From Candidatus Shapirobacteria bacterium (lineage in GTDB: Bacteria; Patescibacteriota; Microgenomatia; UM-FILTER-40-11): a stretch of 64,000 nucleotides of DNA. Under the pieces are notes generated by a model, which ran no database searches, had not been told where the DNA came from, and was given only the letters and a program-made list of their open reading frames with translations. Below, piece by piece: positions 7,951 to 16,930 of this stretch (its first letter is position 1; the number at the start of each line of letters is the position of its first letter). A program made the position numbers and the translations under genes. Location of the stretch: the NCBI GenBank assembly GCA_020059745.1, contig JAGVBK010000002.1:2414-66413 (forward strand). Direction: 5' to 3'.

Positions 7951-8241
7951 TTACTGGTCTAGGCCCAGAGTGAAAATAAAAGACGGAGGATTAAGCCTTG
8001 AGTCTTCTTTTACTTTGTAAATGTCAGCCTCAATCATTTTTAAATCATCCTCAATTTCCACAATCTCTTTAGAATAAGATGGCGTAGGAGTAAGGGTTTC
8101 CTCGGAAAGTTCTTGAGAACCGGTTTCTTCGGTTTTAACACTAATTGAGGGAACGGTTTTGTCGATTCTGGCATAAAAAAGAAGTCCGGCCAAGCTCAAA
8201 AGAAAGACCAGGAGTACCGACATCATGATGTTTTTTTTCAT
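7951..8241 (-). CDS. Hypothetical protein with N-terminal TM anchor
   Basis: Hydrophobic N-terminus; overlaps the stop of the upstream gene. Confidence 0.6.
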   Translation of the reverse strand: MKKNIMMSVLLVFLLSLAGLLFYARIDKTVPSISVKTEETGSQELSEETLTPTPSYSKEIVEIEDDLKMIEADIYKVKEDSRLNPPSFIFTLGLDQ

Positions 8242-9026
8242 TATTTAAAATTAAAAATAATATCCCGGTATCCCTTTAAAAGGGATTTCATTGCTACGAC
8301 AGACTTTGTAACTGTATCCCAAATTTCTTTTGATTTTGGAGCGGCATTTCTAAAAGCAAAGCTTTTATAGGAAGTTTCCGCTTCTCTTATTAGGGTGGAG
8401 ACCTTATCCGACTCAAGATCAAGTGAAGAAAGCTTTTCTCTGGAAGCAGGCACCTTGTTTTGGGCTGCGTCACTCGAGGAAAGGAAGCTGTCAATTTTGC
8501 CTCTGTCAATTTTAAGATTATCAAAAATCTTTTTTACTGAACCTATTTCGGTTAATGCTTTGGTCTGGTACCCCAATAGGCTTATCCTCTGGTGATGAGA
8601 TTCCAGTTCCTTTAATAGAGCCTCTGCTTCAGACAAGGTAGTGACCGAATCAGCTTTTACTCTAGCCAAATCAAGGTATTGAAGCTCATCGTCAAGCTTC
8701 ACATATATGTAGTTTTCGTCATAGTTTAAAATCTTGGTTGCTTCAGCCAAGTAGGTTTTAACAAAACTGGCATATGACCGCATTGCTTCTATTTCCGCCT
8801 TTATAAGGCGCTTGGATACCTCTAAAAACTCGGATTGGGCCGAAACCGACTGATAGGCAAGATAGCGGCTTTTCGCCGAACTAAAAGGCTCTAGTAAGCC
8901 CTGGTATTCCCGGTAATCAGAAAGGAGTTCGTTATAAAATTCATTGCTTTTGTTTTGGGCATAAGCCCTTTTGGGAGAAAAGACAAAAAAAGACAAAATT
9001 AAGAAAAAAAAGACTGCCTTCTTCAC
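8241..9026 (-). CDS. Hypothetical secreted helical protein
   Basis: Signal peptide (AYA site), GTG start, 261 aa. Confidence 0.65.
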   Translation of the reverse strand: MKKAVFFFLILSFFVFSPKRAYAQNKSNEFYNELLSDYREYQGLLEPFSSAKSRYLAYQSVSAQSEFLEVSKRLIKAEIEAMRSYASFVKTYLAEATKILNYDENYIYVKLDDELQYLDLARVKADSVTTLSEAEALLKELESHHQRISLLGYQTKALTEIGSVKKIFDNLKIDRGKIDSFLSSSDAAQNKVPASREKLSSLDLESDKVSTLIREAETSYKSFAFRNAAPKSKEIWDTVTKSVVAMKSLLKGYRDIIFNFK

Positions 9027-9063
9027 AAATTAAGTTAATCAAGTTTAAAAACAAATTTCAAGG

Positions 9064-10275
9064 TCACTCATACCTTAAGGCTTCAACCGGATCCAGTTTT
9101 GCAGCTTTGGCCGCCGGTGCAACTCCAAAGATAATACCCACAAAAGCAGAAACGCCAAAAGCAAGGATAATTGACCAAAGGCTAAATGCGTTCGCAGAAA
9201 TAAGCTTACCAACCACTATCGTTCCCAAAATTCCCAAGATAACCCCGATAGAACCCCCGACTAAGCTTAAGAAAACCGACTCAACTAAAAACTGGGTAAG
9301 TATATCGCCGTTGGTTGCACCAACTGATTTTCTTATCCCGATTTCTCTGGTCCTTTCCGTTACCGAAACAAGCATTATATTCATAATCCCGATACCTCCA
9401 ACAAGAAGAGAAATGGCAGCGATTCCTCCCAGGGCAACCGTCAGAACCTGAAGAATTGAAGAAATTGTAGAAAGAAGGGTACCTTGGTTAAAAACGGAAA
9501 AATCATCCTCTTTGAGTGTTCTTGAAAGCAGGGCTTTAACCCTGAATTTTGCTTCATCCGCCTGGTCTTTATCGGTAAACTTGACCATAATGTTTTGCAG
9601 ATTTTTAATATCAAAGGTTTCCTGGGCTGTGGTAATAGGAATGTAGACAGACCGATCCATCTCTCCTCCGGCAATCCCTGATCCCATACTCTCTAAAGTG
9701 CCAACAACTTTAAAGCGGCTGTCGGCAATAATTATTTCTTTTTCAAGCGGTTCCATGTTGCCATAAAGCTTTGAAGCCACTTCAGGCCCAATAACTGCCA
9801 CTTTTCTGCTTGCATACATTTCCGAGTTGGTAAAAAACCGACCGTCCTTAACCTTAAGGGAAACAAAGTTGATTATATCGGGCGAAGAGCCTCCGATCGT
9901 AATTCTTGTTTGGTTATTACGATATTTGGCCGTACCGGGAATTTCAATATATCCAGTGGCATCCTCAATGGGTTCACCTAAGTTTTTTATTTCTTCAACA
10001 TAAGAGTTTTTTAATTTACTACCTGCAAAGTTAGGAGGGGCGTTGAACGAAACTCCCTCGCCATCGCCACCCATTCTTCCGGGCATAACATAAAGTACAT
10101 TTGCTCCGATTGACTCAAACTGCTCAGTTATGTAATTTTTAAGACCCGTACCCACGGAAACCAAGGTAATAACAGCAAAAACACCGATTATTATGCCGAG
10201 CATCGTTAGAAAAGACCTTGTTTTGTTTCTTTTAATGGCAGATGTTGCCAGTTTCACTGTTTCAAGTACCTCCAT
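9064..10275 (-). CDS. MacB/FtsX-family ABC transporter permease
   Basis: RSFLTMLGIIIGV, GGIGIMNIMLVSVTERTREIGIRK.VGA, LDPVEALRYE. Confidence 0.93.
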   Translation of the reverse strand: MEVLETVKLATSAIKRNKTRSFLTMLGIIIGVFAVITLVSVGTGLKNYITEQFESIGANVLYVMPGRMGGDGEGVSFNAPPNFAGSKLKNSYVEEIKNLGEPIEDATGYIEIPGTAKYRNNQTRITIGGSSPDIINFVSLKVKDGRFFTNSEMYASRKVAVIGPEVASKLYGNMEPLEKEIIIADSRFKVVGTLESMGSGIAGGEMDRSVYIPITTAQETFDIKNLQNIMVKFTDKDQADEAKFRVKALLSRTLKEDDFSVFNQGTLLSTISSILQVLTVALGGIAAISLLVGGIGIMNIMLVSVTERTREIGIRKSVGATNGDILTQFLVESVFLSLVGGSIGVILGILGTIVVGKLISANAFSLWSIILAFGVSAFVGIIFGVAPAAKAAKLDPVEALRYE

Positions 10276-10953
10276 TTATTCCTCCATGATTTTTCCGTCT
10301 TTAACCCTAACTATCCTTTTGGCCATTTTGGCAATTTCCGGGTCATGGGTTACCAAAACTATGGTATTCCCATTTTGGTAAAGGCTTTTTAAAATATCCA
10401 TGATTTCTTTGCCTGATTTTGAGTCAAGATTTCCTGTGGGCTCATCAGCCAAAATAATTGAAGGATTAGTTATCAAAGCTCTGGCAATTGCCACTCTTTG
10501 CCTTTCGCCCCCCGAAAGCTGGCTGGGAAAATGCTCTAGTCGGTGTTCCAAACCTACTTCAAAAAGAGATTTTTCCGCTCTTAGACGCCTTTCTTTTGAA
10601 GGCACGCCTGAATAAATTAAAGGAAGTTCAACATTGTCCAAAGCTGAAGTTCTGGCAAGTAGGTTAAAAGATTGGAAAACAAAACCGATTTTCTGGTTTC
10701 TTAGCTTGGCAAGCTCACGGTCATTGTTAAAAGAAACCCCCCTGCCTTCAAGAATGACTTCGCCGGAAGTTGGCTTGTCGAGAAGCCCAAGTATGTGCAT
10801 AAGCGTAGATTTGCCGGAACCTGAAGGGCCCACAATTGAAACAAAATCTCCTTTGTTAACTCTAAGAGAAACTTGGTCAAGCGCTTTAACCTCAATATCG
10901 CCCATCTCATAAACCTTCGAGACACCAGAAAGCTCCATGTTTACGGTTTTCAT
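10276..10953 (-). CDS. ABC transporter ATP-binding protein (MacB/LolD-type)
   Basis: [33 protein letters not shown]. Confidence 0.95.
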   Translation of the reverse strand: MKTVNMELSGVSKVYEMGDIEVKALDQVSLRVNKGDFVSIVGPSGSGKSTLMHILGLLDKPTSGEVILEGRGVSFNNDRELAKLRNQKIGFVFQSFNLLARTSALDNVELPLIYSGVPSKERRLRAEKSLFEVGLEHRLEHFPSQLSGGERQRVAIARALITNPSIILADEPTGNLDSKSGKEIMDILKSLYQNGNTIVLVTHDPEIAKMAKRIVRVKDGKIMEE

Positions 10954-11996
10954 TGGGTTTTAATGCTCATGCCTTCGGTTAGAAGGCTAATATTTGAAGT
11001 GATAATCTGATCTCCCTCGCTAATGCCGGAAATAACCTGGATATAATCATCTCCAATATTGCCAACTTCAATTTCTGCTCTAGTCGCCTTGCCGTCAACA
11101 ACCTTCCATACAAAGGTCTTTCCGTTTTTCTCGGAAAAAGCAGAAATAGGAACAAGTAAAACATCGGTTAATGAGGAGTGAAGAATCTCCACATCACCAT
11201 TCATACCCAATCTAAAGTTTTCAGTCCCACCGGTAAAATAAATCCAGGTGTTATAAGCAGTGCCGCCTCCGCTTGAAGTGCTTGCCTCCAGGTCAATTTT
11301 TCCCACCGTACCTTCAAAGACTTCTTCAGGATAAGCGTCAATAAAAAGCTTAACCTTGTCTCCGATTTTTACTCGTGCCACATCAGTTTCATCAACTTTT
11401 GCCTCAAAATAGATACTTTGCGGATCAACAATTCGGTAAAAAGCCGTCGTCGGACCGACATTAACCCCGGCATAAGGCTGGTCAAGATCTACAACCACTC
11501 CCTCAAAAGGAGAACTTAAAGAGGAAAACCTCACCGCTAAATCAGCAATTTCCACATCCAAAACAGAATTATTTAAGTCAAACTGGGATTTTTCAAGAAT
11601 TCTTTTGATTGAATCGGTAACAAGGCTTTTTTCCTTTTCGTCCTCATAGTCTTCCTGGGTTTGTTCAAAATCCCATCTTTCATTAAGATAGTCATTCATT
11701 TCCTTTTCAAATCTTTTCTGAAGATCCCTTTTGTCAAGAGAGGCGACAGTCTGTCCTTTTCTGACCCGGTCTCCCTTTTTTATCCCAACAAAAGACAAAA
11801 GACCTGAGGTTTGGAATCGTAAGGTGGCGTCCTTTTCAGCCTTGATTTCTCCAGAAGCTGAAGTGAATATTTCCATGTCTCCTTTTTTAACGGTTTCAAC
11901 TGAAAAGGGAGCTTTCTTACGCAGATTTTTTATTGCTAAAAAACCGGCTAAAGCTAAAAGCACGACAGTGAAAATGATAATTATTTTCTTCATCAT
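10950..11996 (-). CDS. MacA-like periplasmic adaptor (membrane fusion protein)
   Basis: N-terminal TM, lipoyl-like GDRVRKGQ..LD, SPFEGVV, VDETDVARVKIG, GMNGDVEI. Confidence 0.88.
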   Translation of the reverse strand: MMKKIIIIFTVVLLALAGFLAIKNLRKKAPFSVETVKKGDMEIFTSASGEIKAEKDATLRFQTSGLLSFVGIKKGDRVRKGQTVASLDKRDLQKRFEKEMNDYLNERWDFEQTQEDYEDEKEKSLVTDSIKRILEKSQFDLNNSVLDVEIADLAVRFSSLSSPFEGVVVDLDQPYAGVNVGPTTAFYRIVDPQSIYFEAKVDETDVARVKIGDKVKLFIDAYPEEVFEGTVGKIDLEASTSSGGGTAYNTWIYFTGGTENFRLGMNGDVEILHSSLTDVLLVPISAFSEKNGKTFVWKVVDGKATRAEIEVGNIGDDYIQVISGISEGDQIITSNISLLTEGMSIKTQ

Positions 11997-12003
11997 ATTT
12001 TTG

Positions 12004-12087
12004 TGCCAGGGACAGGATTTGAACCTGCAAGCCCTTTTAAGGCGCTAGGTCCTAAACCTAGTGCGTCTACCGTTCCGCCACCCTGGC
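12004..12087 (-). tRNA. tRNA-Leu(TAG), no encoded CCA
   Basis: GCCAGGGTGGCGGAACGGTAGACGCACTAGGTT-TAG-GACCTAG..long variable arm..GGTTCAAATCCTGTCCCTGGCA. Confidence 0.95.
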
Positions 12088-12139
12088 TTTTTGGAAATTA
12101 ACCTTGCAACCAGAAGCAATTATATCTGATTTTAGCCAT

Positions 12140-12188
12140 AAAAAAAATCCCGCAGCATGGCCAGGAAAGGTCGCACACCACAGGATCT
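12140..12188 (-). ncRNA. Candidate ~50-nt hairpin RNA or attenuator with U-tract
   Basis: ATCCTGTGGTGTG..CATGCTGCGGGAT stem (G-U pairs form only on this strand) then T-run, just downstream of a promoter. Confidence 0.4.
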
Positions 12189-12194
12189 AAAAGG

Positions 12195-12223
12195 AATATA
12201 TCACATAGGAACAGGTTTGTCAA
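12195..12223 (-). promoter_or_regulatory. sigma70-type promoter
   Basis: TTGACA-17 nt-TATATT on the minus strand. Confidence 0.65.
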
Positions 12224-12294
12224 GTATTTTTTAAACTTATAATGTTAGGTTTGTTCATCTCGTTTAACAATCGATTGTTAAACTTATAGTTTCA

Positions 12295-13056
12295 TTAAAT
12301 AGTGTTAATTCTTTTTCTTGCCAAAATAAAAAAAGAAGGACCAAAGAAATAAGGAGCAAGCAATTTCTGCAGTTTTTTCTCTATGTTGATAAGAAACGCA
12401 CCCGGAAGAATAAGTTTAAGGAAAGAATGCCTAAGGTTTGAGACAGAAAGGGTTTCTTCAACCAAAAACCCGGCTTTTTTTAAATCGTCAATTATTTTTA
12501 GAGGGTGATGATTTAAAAAGGGGATAGAGCCGCTTTTAATGTTGTCCCAGCTTCTTTTTTCCACCGAAGAAAGGTTCTGGCAATAGGAAAAATCTCCTTT
12601 CAGGCAAGCTTTTAACCTGGCAAGAAAATGGATTTTATTGGCAATTTCCACGATAAAATAACCGTCTTTTTTAAGCACCCTCTGAATTTCTTTAAATGAA
12701 GAAAAAGGGTCTTCAAGATGATGGCTAACCCTGATCATAATTGCAACATCAAAAGAACCATCCTTAACCGGAAGCTTAGGCAAAGTGCCTTCCTTAAAAG
12801 AAACATTTTTTATCTTTTGGCAGCGTTCTTCGCCAATCTCCAAAAGCTTTTTTGAAGGATCAACCACCAGGCATTCCTTAAAAAACCCGGAATAAAAATC
12901 GGCCAACCTGCCAAAACCACCGCCAATATCAACAATGGAGCCTTTTGGCTCAACCTTGCTAAAAAAGTATTTCAACGCCTCTCTTTCACAACAGTCCTCA
13001 AAGTTTCTTTTCTGCCAATACGATAAATAGTCATAGGAGTCGTAAGGAGCGTTCAT
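12295..13056 (-). CDS. Class I SAM-dependent methyltransferase
   Basis: IVDIGGGFGRL, LPVKDGSFD, HHL, RVLKKDG. Confidence 0.9.
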   Translation of the reverse strand: MNAPYDSYDYLSYWQKRNFEDCCEREALKYFFSKVEPKGSIVDIGGGFGRLADFYSGFFKECLVVDPSKKLLEIGEERCQKIKNVSFKEGTLPKLPVKDGSFDVAIMIRVSHHLEDPFSSFKEIQRVLKKDGYFIVEIANKIHFLARLKACLKGDFSYCQNLSSVEKRSWDNIKSGSIPFLNHHPLKIIDDLKKAGFLVEETLSVSNLRHSFLKLILPGAFLINIEKKLQKLLAPYFFGPSFFILARKRINTI

Positions 13057-13057
13057 G

Positions 13058-13648
13058 TTAAAAGTCCCCAGTTTCCATTTCCCTTAAGAATTGGTTAACC
13101 CCGGCACACCAGGAGCCGTTTGATTTTGGAGTGTATTTTTTCATCATAACGCAAGGGTCGTCGCAATATCCTTTGGCGCAATAGTTTTGGGCAATACCCC
13201 TGGTAACAACTTCAATCGCTTCGTCCCAATTCTCAAAGCACCTTGTGCCTCTTTCGTGGATGGCCCAACCCCAAGCATTATAGCAATATTCCGGGGACTT
13301 TTTGCCTAAATTCGACTCTTGTTGGGCAATAGCAACAATCAGCCTTGGGTCAACTTCATAACGATAAGCAGCGCTTAAAATTGTTTCAACATGGGGAAGA
13401 AGTGGAGAGTTATACCTTTTTAAGTATTTTTCAAGAATAATGGGAACTGAATCTCCTGATGTGATAGTCTGGGCAATTACGCCCGAATCATCATAATAGG
13501 GAGAAAATATTTTGTTTTGCTGAGGAGAAGTAACTGCCTCTCCTAGAACCGCGCCTGAAGATAACCTGCTACTGAAAAGAAGGGTTAAGCCTAAAACAAA
13601 AGGAGATACAATGAAAAAAATTGAACAAAGAAGTATTTTTTTTGTCAT
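13058..13648 (-). CDS. Membrane-anchored lysozyme-like (glucosaminidase/transglycosylase-like) protein
   Basis: N-terminal TM; LIVAIAQQESNLG and YNAWGW motifs. Confidence 0.6.
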   Translation of the reverse strand: MTKKILLCSIFFIVSPFVLGLTLLFSSRLSSGAVLGEAVTSPQQNKIFSPYYDDSGVIAQTITSGDSVPIILEKYLKRYNSPLLPHVETILSAAYRYEVDPRLIVAIAQQESNLGKKSPEYCYNAWGWAIHERGTRCFENWDEAIEVVTRGIAQNYCAKGYCDDPCVMMKKYTPKSNGSWCAGVNQFLREMETGDF

Positions 13649-13731
13649 GACAATAGCTTGATTAATTCATGGTTCCATTTTTTAAAACTTTTGTCAAGCA
13701 AACTTATGTGTTAAAATAGGCAATCACTAAA

Positions 13732-14604
13732 ATGACCGAAACAGTAAAAAAAGACAATTTTGAACTAACAAGACTGCCTAAAAAAGCCTTTGAAATTTTG
13801 GTCGCTTTACCCTGGAAAGAAGTTGAAGAAAGCCGCAAAGAGGTAATTAGCCAAGCCAGTAAAACCGTTGAAATCAAGGGTTTCCGCAAAGGCATGGCTC
13901 CGGAAAAGATGGTAGAGCAGTATTTGGGTACACAAAGGCTTTTGGAGCTTACCTTGCAGAAAATAATTCCCGACTACTACCAAAAAGTAGTTGAAGAGTT
14001 TTCCTTAAACCCGATTATAACTCCGAAAATCCAGCTTGTCTCTACCGAAGAGGGCAAAGACTGGCAAGTCAAATTCATTTCGTGTGAACACCCCGAAGTA
14101 AACTTGGGAAATTACAAAGAAGAGCTAAGAAAAATTAAACCAAAAGAGGAAATCTGGACTCCCGGAAAAGAGGAAAAAAAGGAAGAAAAAAAAGAAAATC
14201 GTGACGAGAAGATAAACGAATCAATCTCCTGGCTTATTGACAATATAAAGGTGGAAATTTGCGATCTTCTGATTGAGGAAGAAGTAGGAAGAAGGCTTTC
14301 CGATCTTCTTGACCAAACTCAAAAACTGGGCATTGCCGTAGACCAGTATCTTTCTTCTGTCGGAAAAACAATTGAGCAGCTAAGAGAAGAATATGCCAAA
14401 AGAGCAGCAGACAACCTTGCTTTGGAGTTCATCTTGGAAAAAATTGCTGACCAGGAGAAAATTGAGGTTGGACCTGAAGAACTTGATAAAATCCTTTCCG
14501 CTGCTAAAAATGAGGAAGAAAAGAAAGCGCTAGAAGACCAAAAATATGTTCTTGCTACCATGATAAGAAGGCAAAAAACGCTTGACTTTTTAGGCTCGCT
14601 GTAG
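13732..14604 (+). CDS. tig: Trigger factor lacking the central FKBP domain
   Basis: Ribosome-binding motif KGFRKGMAP; C-terminal LILEKIADQEKIEV; only 290 aa. Confidence 0.85.
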   Translation: MTETVKKDNFELTRLPKKAFEILVALPWKEVEESRKEVISQASKTVEIKGFRKGMAPEKMVEQYLGTQRLLELTLQKIIPDYYQKVVEEFSLNPIITPKIQLVSTEEGKDWQVKFISCEHPEVNLGNYKEELRKIKPKEEIWTPGKEEKKEEKKENRDEKINESISWLIDNIKVEICDLLIEEEVGRRLSDLLDQTQKLGIAVDQYLSSVGKTIEQLREEYAKRAADNLALEFILEKIADQEKIEVGPEELDKILSAAKNEEEKKALEDQKYVLATMIRRQKTLDFLGSL

Positions 14605-14646
14605 TAAATATGGGGCATAGTCTAACTTTTATAGGCTAAATACCCA

Positions 14647-15237
14647 ATGAAAAAATCAAAACCGAATACTCCAAACAAAAGAGCCCAAAACAACGACTCT
14701 TTTTTAGAGGCTTTCCGCGACCTAGGATCAGATTTTGTCTCCACTGGTTCAGACCAGTTTAAAGCAGGGGTAAATGACATCAAAGACGCGCTTTTCCCTT
14801 TTTACGAAGAAAGTGAAACAGCCAAACAACAAAGTCCCGAAGTAGCCGAAAAACCCAGGGCAAGAACCGAATATCAGCGCGAGGAAAAAGTGCTCTTCAC
14901 CAGGGAACAAAGAGAAACCCAAACTCAGGTTAAAAATCTTCAGGAGGAGCTTAAAAAACTGGCTAAAGCTACCGTAGATTTGGCCAGTGAAGCCAAGGCT
15001 GCTGAAGTTAACGCCATGCAGGAAGTGCCGGCTGCCGGAAAATATCATGTCAATTTCCTGGAAAAATTTATTAAAGCGCTGGCAGAATTAAGGTCAAAAC
15101 TTGAGGAATCTTCAGTTTGGCTCTCAACCTGGAACAAAAAAGCAAGCAAGAAAAACTATTACTGGGGACAATTTAAGAAATCAGGCTCAAAGTTCCTTCT
15201 TTCCTCAGACCGCTACATGTCCACCCAAGCCGGATAA
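14647..15237 (+). CDS. Conserved hypothetical coiled-coil protein (DUF5660-like)
   Basis: GKYHVNFLE..WL..YWGQFKKSGSKFLLSSDRYMSTQAG resembles a CPR-specific family (from memory). Confidence 0.65.
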   Translation: MKKSKPNTPNKRAQNNDSFLEAFRDLGSDFVSTGSDQFKAGVNDIKDALFPFYEESETAKQQSPEVAEKPRARTEYQREEKVLFTREQRETQTQVKNLQEELKKLAKATVDLASEAKAAEVNAMQEVPAAGKYHVNFLEKFIKALAELRSKLEESSVWLSTWNKKASKKNYYWGQFKKSGSKFLLSSDRYMSTQAG

Positions 15238-15281
15238 ACTTAGTGATTATTTTTATCTTTGAGGATGTAGAGAAAGGGCTG

Positions 15282-15355
15282 TGGGCGATAGAGGAGTCGA
15301 ACCTCTGACCTCTTCGATGTCAACGAAGCGCTCTAACCATCTGAGCTAACCGCCC
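15282..15355 (-). tRNA. tRNA-Val(GAC), no encoded CCA
   Basis: GGGCGGTTAGCTCAGATGGTTAGAGCGCTTCGTT-GAC-ATCGAAGAGGTCAGAGGTTCGACTCCTCTATCGCCCA. Confidence 0.95.
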
Positions 15356-15396
15356 GATTTTTATATTTTACCAAATTTCAAGGCAAAAAGGAATCT

Positions 15397-16317
15397 TTAG
15401 CTGACTAAAAAACGGCAGGGTTCTGAGTGAAAATAGATTTTAACCGGAAGGCAGCTTCTTAACTCACCGTCAACCTGGGTTCCACAAAAGACCGGAGACT
15501 CTAAAGTAAACCTTTCAGCCCTTGCTGATTTGACCAGACCAAAATTAAGCTTGCCAAAAAGGTGAAATACCAAAGTACCTAAAACCGCCAAAAAATAATT
15601 TTTGTATTCAACATAATAAAGGTCAAAAATTTTATCATCACTTCTAACTTTATTGTCCTTAAAAAAGGGAAAAACTTTTAAGACTGAAGCCTGCATATTA
15701 AGTACGGTAAGAAAGCATATCTTGGTGTTAATTTCTTCTTGGCCAAAACTAATTTTTACCGGAATTTTCTTAAGAGTGATAAGCTTTGTCAGAGCAAAAA
15801 TAATATATGAAAAAATTCCCAAGCAGCTTTTAAGCCTGTCTTTGGTTATTCTTAAAAAATTTTCCTGAAAACCAAGGCCAATCCCTAAAAGAAAGAAATT
15901 TTTTTCGTCACCATAATCAATTACCCCGATATCAACCTCCTTAATTTTCCCTTTCATTAAAAACTCAAAGTTTTCCCTGTTTTTTACCATCTTAAAAGCA
16001 GTGGCAATAAAATTGGCTGTTCCTGTCGGGATAACAGCCAAAGGAGCTTTGATATTGTTCTTAAGCATATAGCCTAAGGTTTCTGAAACTGTGCCGTCTC
16101 CGCCAATACAAACTACACCCTTTTTAATTAAAATTTTTCCGTTTTCAAAAAGTTTGCTTATCGGTATCGGCTTAACTATCTCGACCAGCTTGTATTTTTG
16201 ATTCTTTTGGTCAAGAAACTTTTTAATTTTTTCAACAATTTTTTCTGTGCCGTTGTTGCCGGAAAGGTAGTTGACTATCAGTTCAAAATCATATTCCTCT
16301 TGGTGCATATTATGCAT
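15397..16317 (-). CDS. Diacylglycerol/lipid kinase family protein
   Basis: N.LSG, GGDGTVSE, IPTGTAN, QVDGE. Confidence 0.88.
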   Translation of the reverse strand: MHNMHQEEYDFELIVNYLSGNNGTEKIVEKIKKFLDQKNQKYKLVEIVKPIPISKLFENGKILIKKGVVCIGGDGTVSETLGYMLKNNIKAPLAVIPTGTANFIATAFKMVKNRENFEFLMKGKIKEVDIGVIDYGDEKNFFLLGIGLGFQENFLRITKDRLKSCLGIFSYIIFALTKLITLKKIPVKISFGQEEINTKICFLTVLNMQASVLKVFPFFKDNKVRSDDKIFDLYYVEYKNYFLAVLGTLVFHLFGKLNFGLVKSARAERFTLESPVFCGTQVDGELRSCLPVKIYFHSEPCRFLVS

Positions 16318-16371
16318 TTTATCTCAGTATCAACTGCTTGACAAATGTGCTTTATTACACTATTTTTAAAA

Positions 16372-16512
16372 CTGGAGGAGTCAAAAAAGACCGAAATCCA
16401 CCTACGAGCGGGTGGTTTTTCCACAAAATAAATCCTCCAAAAAAGTGCGCAGGGGCGTTCGAGCTCTACCCCGTCTGTATGCCTCCTGTTGTATCATCCC
16501 TGCGCACTTTAC
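16372..16512 (+). ncRNA. Candidate structured small RNA (~140 nt)
   Basis: TGGAGGA/TCCTCCA-closed multibranch, then a 13-bp stem AAAGTGCGCAGGG/CCCTGCGCACTTT; TTGACA at 16338; strand uncertain. Confidence 0.4.
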
Positions 16513-16518
16513 CTTTTC

Positions 16519-16547
16519 TTGACCTTAAAACAAATTTTTCATATAAT
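16519..16547 (+). promoter_or_regulatory. sigma70 promoter of the thrS leader
   Basis: TTGACC-17 nt-TATAAT. Confidence 0.8.
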
Positions 16548-16555
16548 GATTTATC

Positions 16556-16685
16556 AAGGCGTTTGCATGAGAATTAACCAACCTCAAAGCCAAGACGAAA
16601 CTCATCGTAAAAGAGTAAAATAAAGAATAAATTAAGAGTGGAACCGTGGTTTTTAAGACCGCCTCTTTAAAAGGGCGGTTTTTTG
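16556..16685 (+). promoter_or_regulatory. T-box riboswitch (Thr), miniature form
   Basis: Antiterminator AAGAG-TGGAACC-GTGGT..ACCGC-CTCTT; overlapping terminator ACCGCCTCTTT..AAGGGCGGT-T-run; short stem I with ACC in the loop. Confidence 0.85.
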
Positions 16686-16700
16686 TTTAATAATAGATGT

Positions 16701-16928
16701 ATGGCAGTAGATACTAAAGAAAGTAATTTTAAAATATTGTTTAAGAATTTCTTAGGAGGTCTAGGTTGGGCCGTTGGCGCCACTTTCGGGTTTACTCTTT
16801 TTGTGGCGATTGTCACTTTTGTTTTAAGAAGCCTGGGCGGGCTTCCTGTAGTAGGTGACTTTTTTGCCGGAATCATTGAAGCCACCCAAGAAGCTCTTGA
16901 ATCAAGAGGAATGATTAAATTAAGGTAA
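16701..16928 (+). CDS. Small membrane protein (DUF5665-like)
   Basis: KNFLGGLGWAVGATFG..LPVVGDFF; ATG at 16701. Confidence 0.75.
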   Translation: MAVDTKESNFKILFKNFLGGLGWAVGATFGFTLFVAIVTFVLRSLGGLPVVGDFFAGIIEATQEALESRGMIKLR

Positions 16929-16930
16929 AC

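Noticed and set aside
13732-14604. Trigger factor lacking the PPIase domain as a novelty
   Set aside because: Recalled as a common reduction in CPR genomes, like the short PheT; kept as a feature only.
16338-16577. 79-aa plus-strand ORF
   Set aside because: Starts at the TTG of a -35 box and crosses hairpins, a promoter and the T-box; no coding signal.
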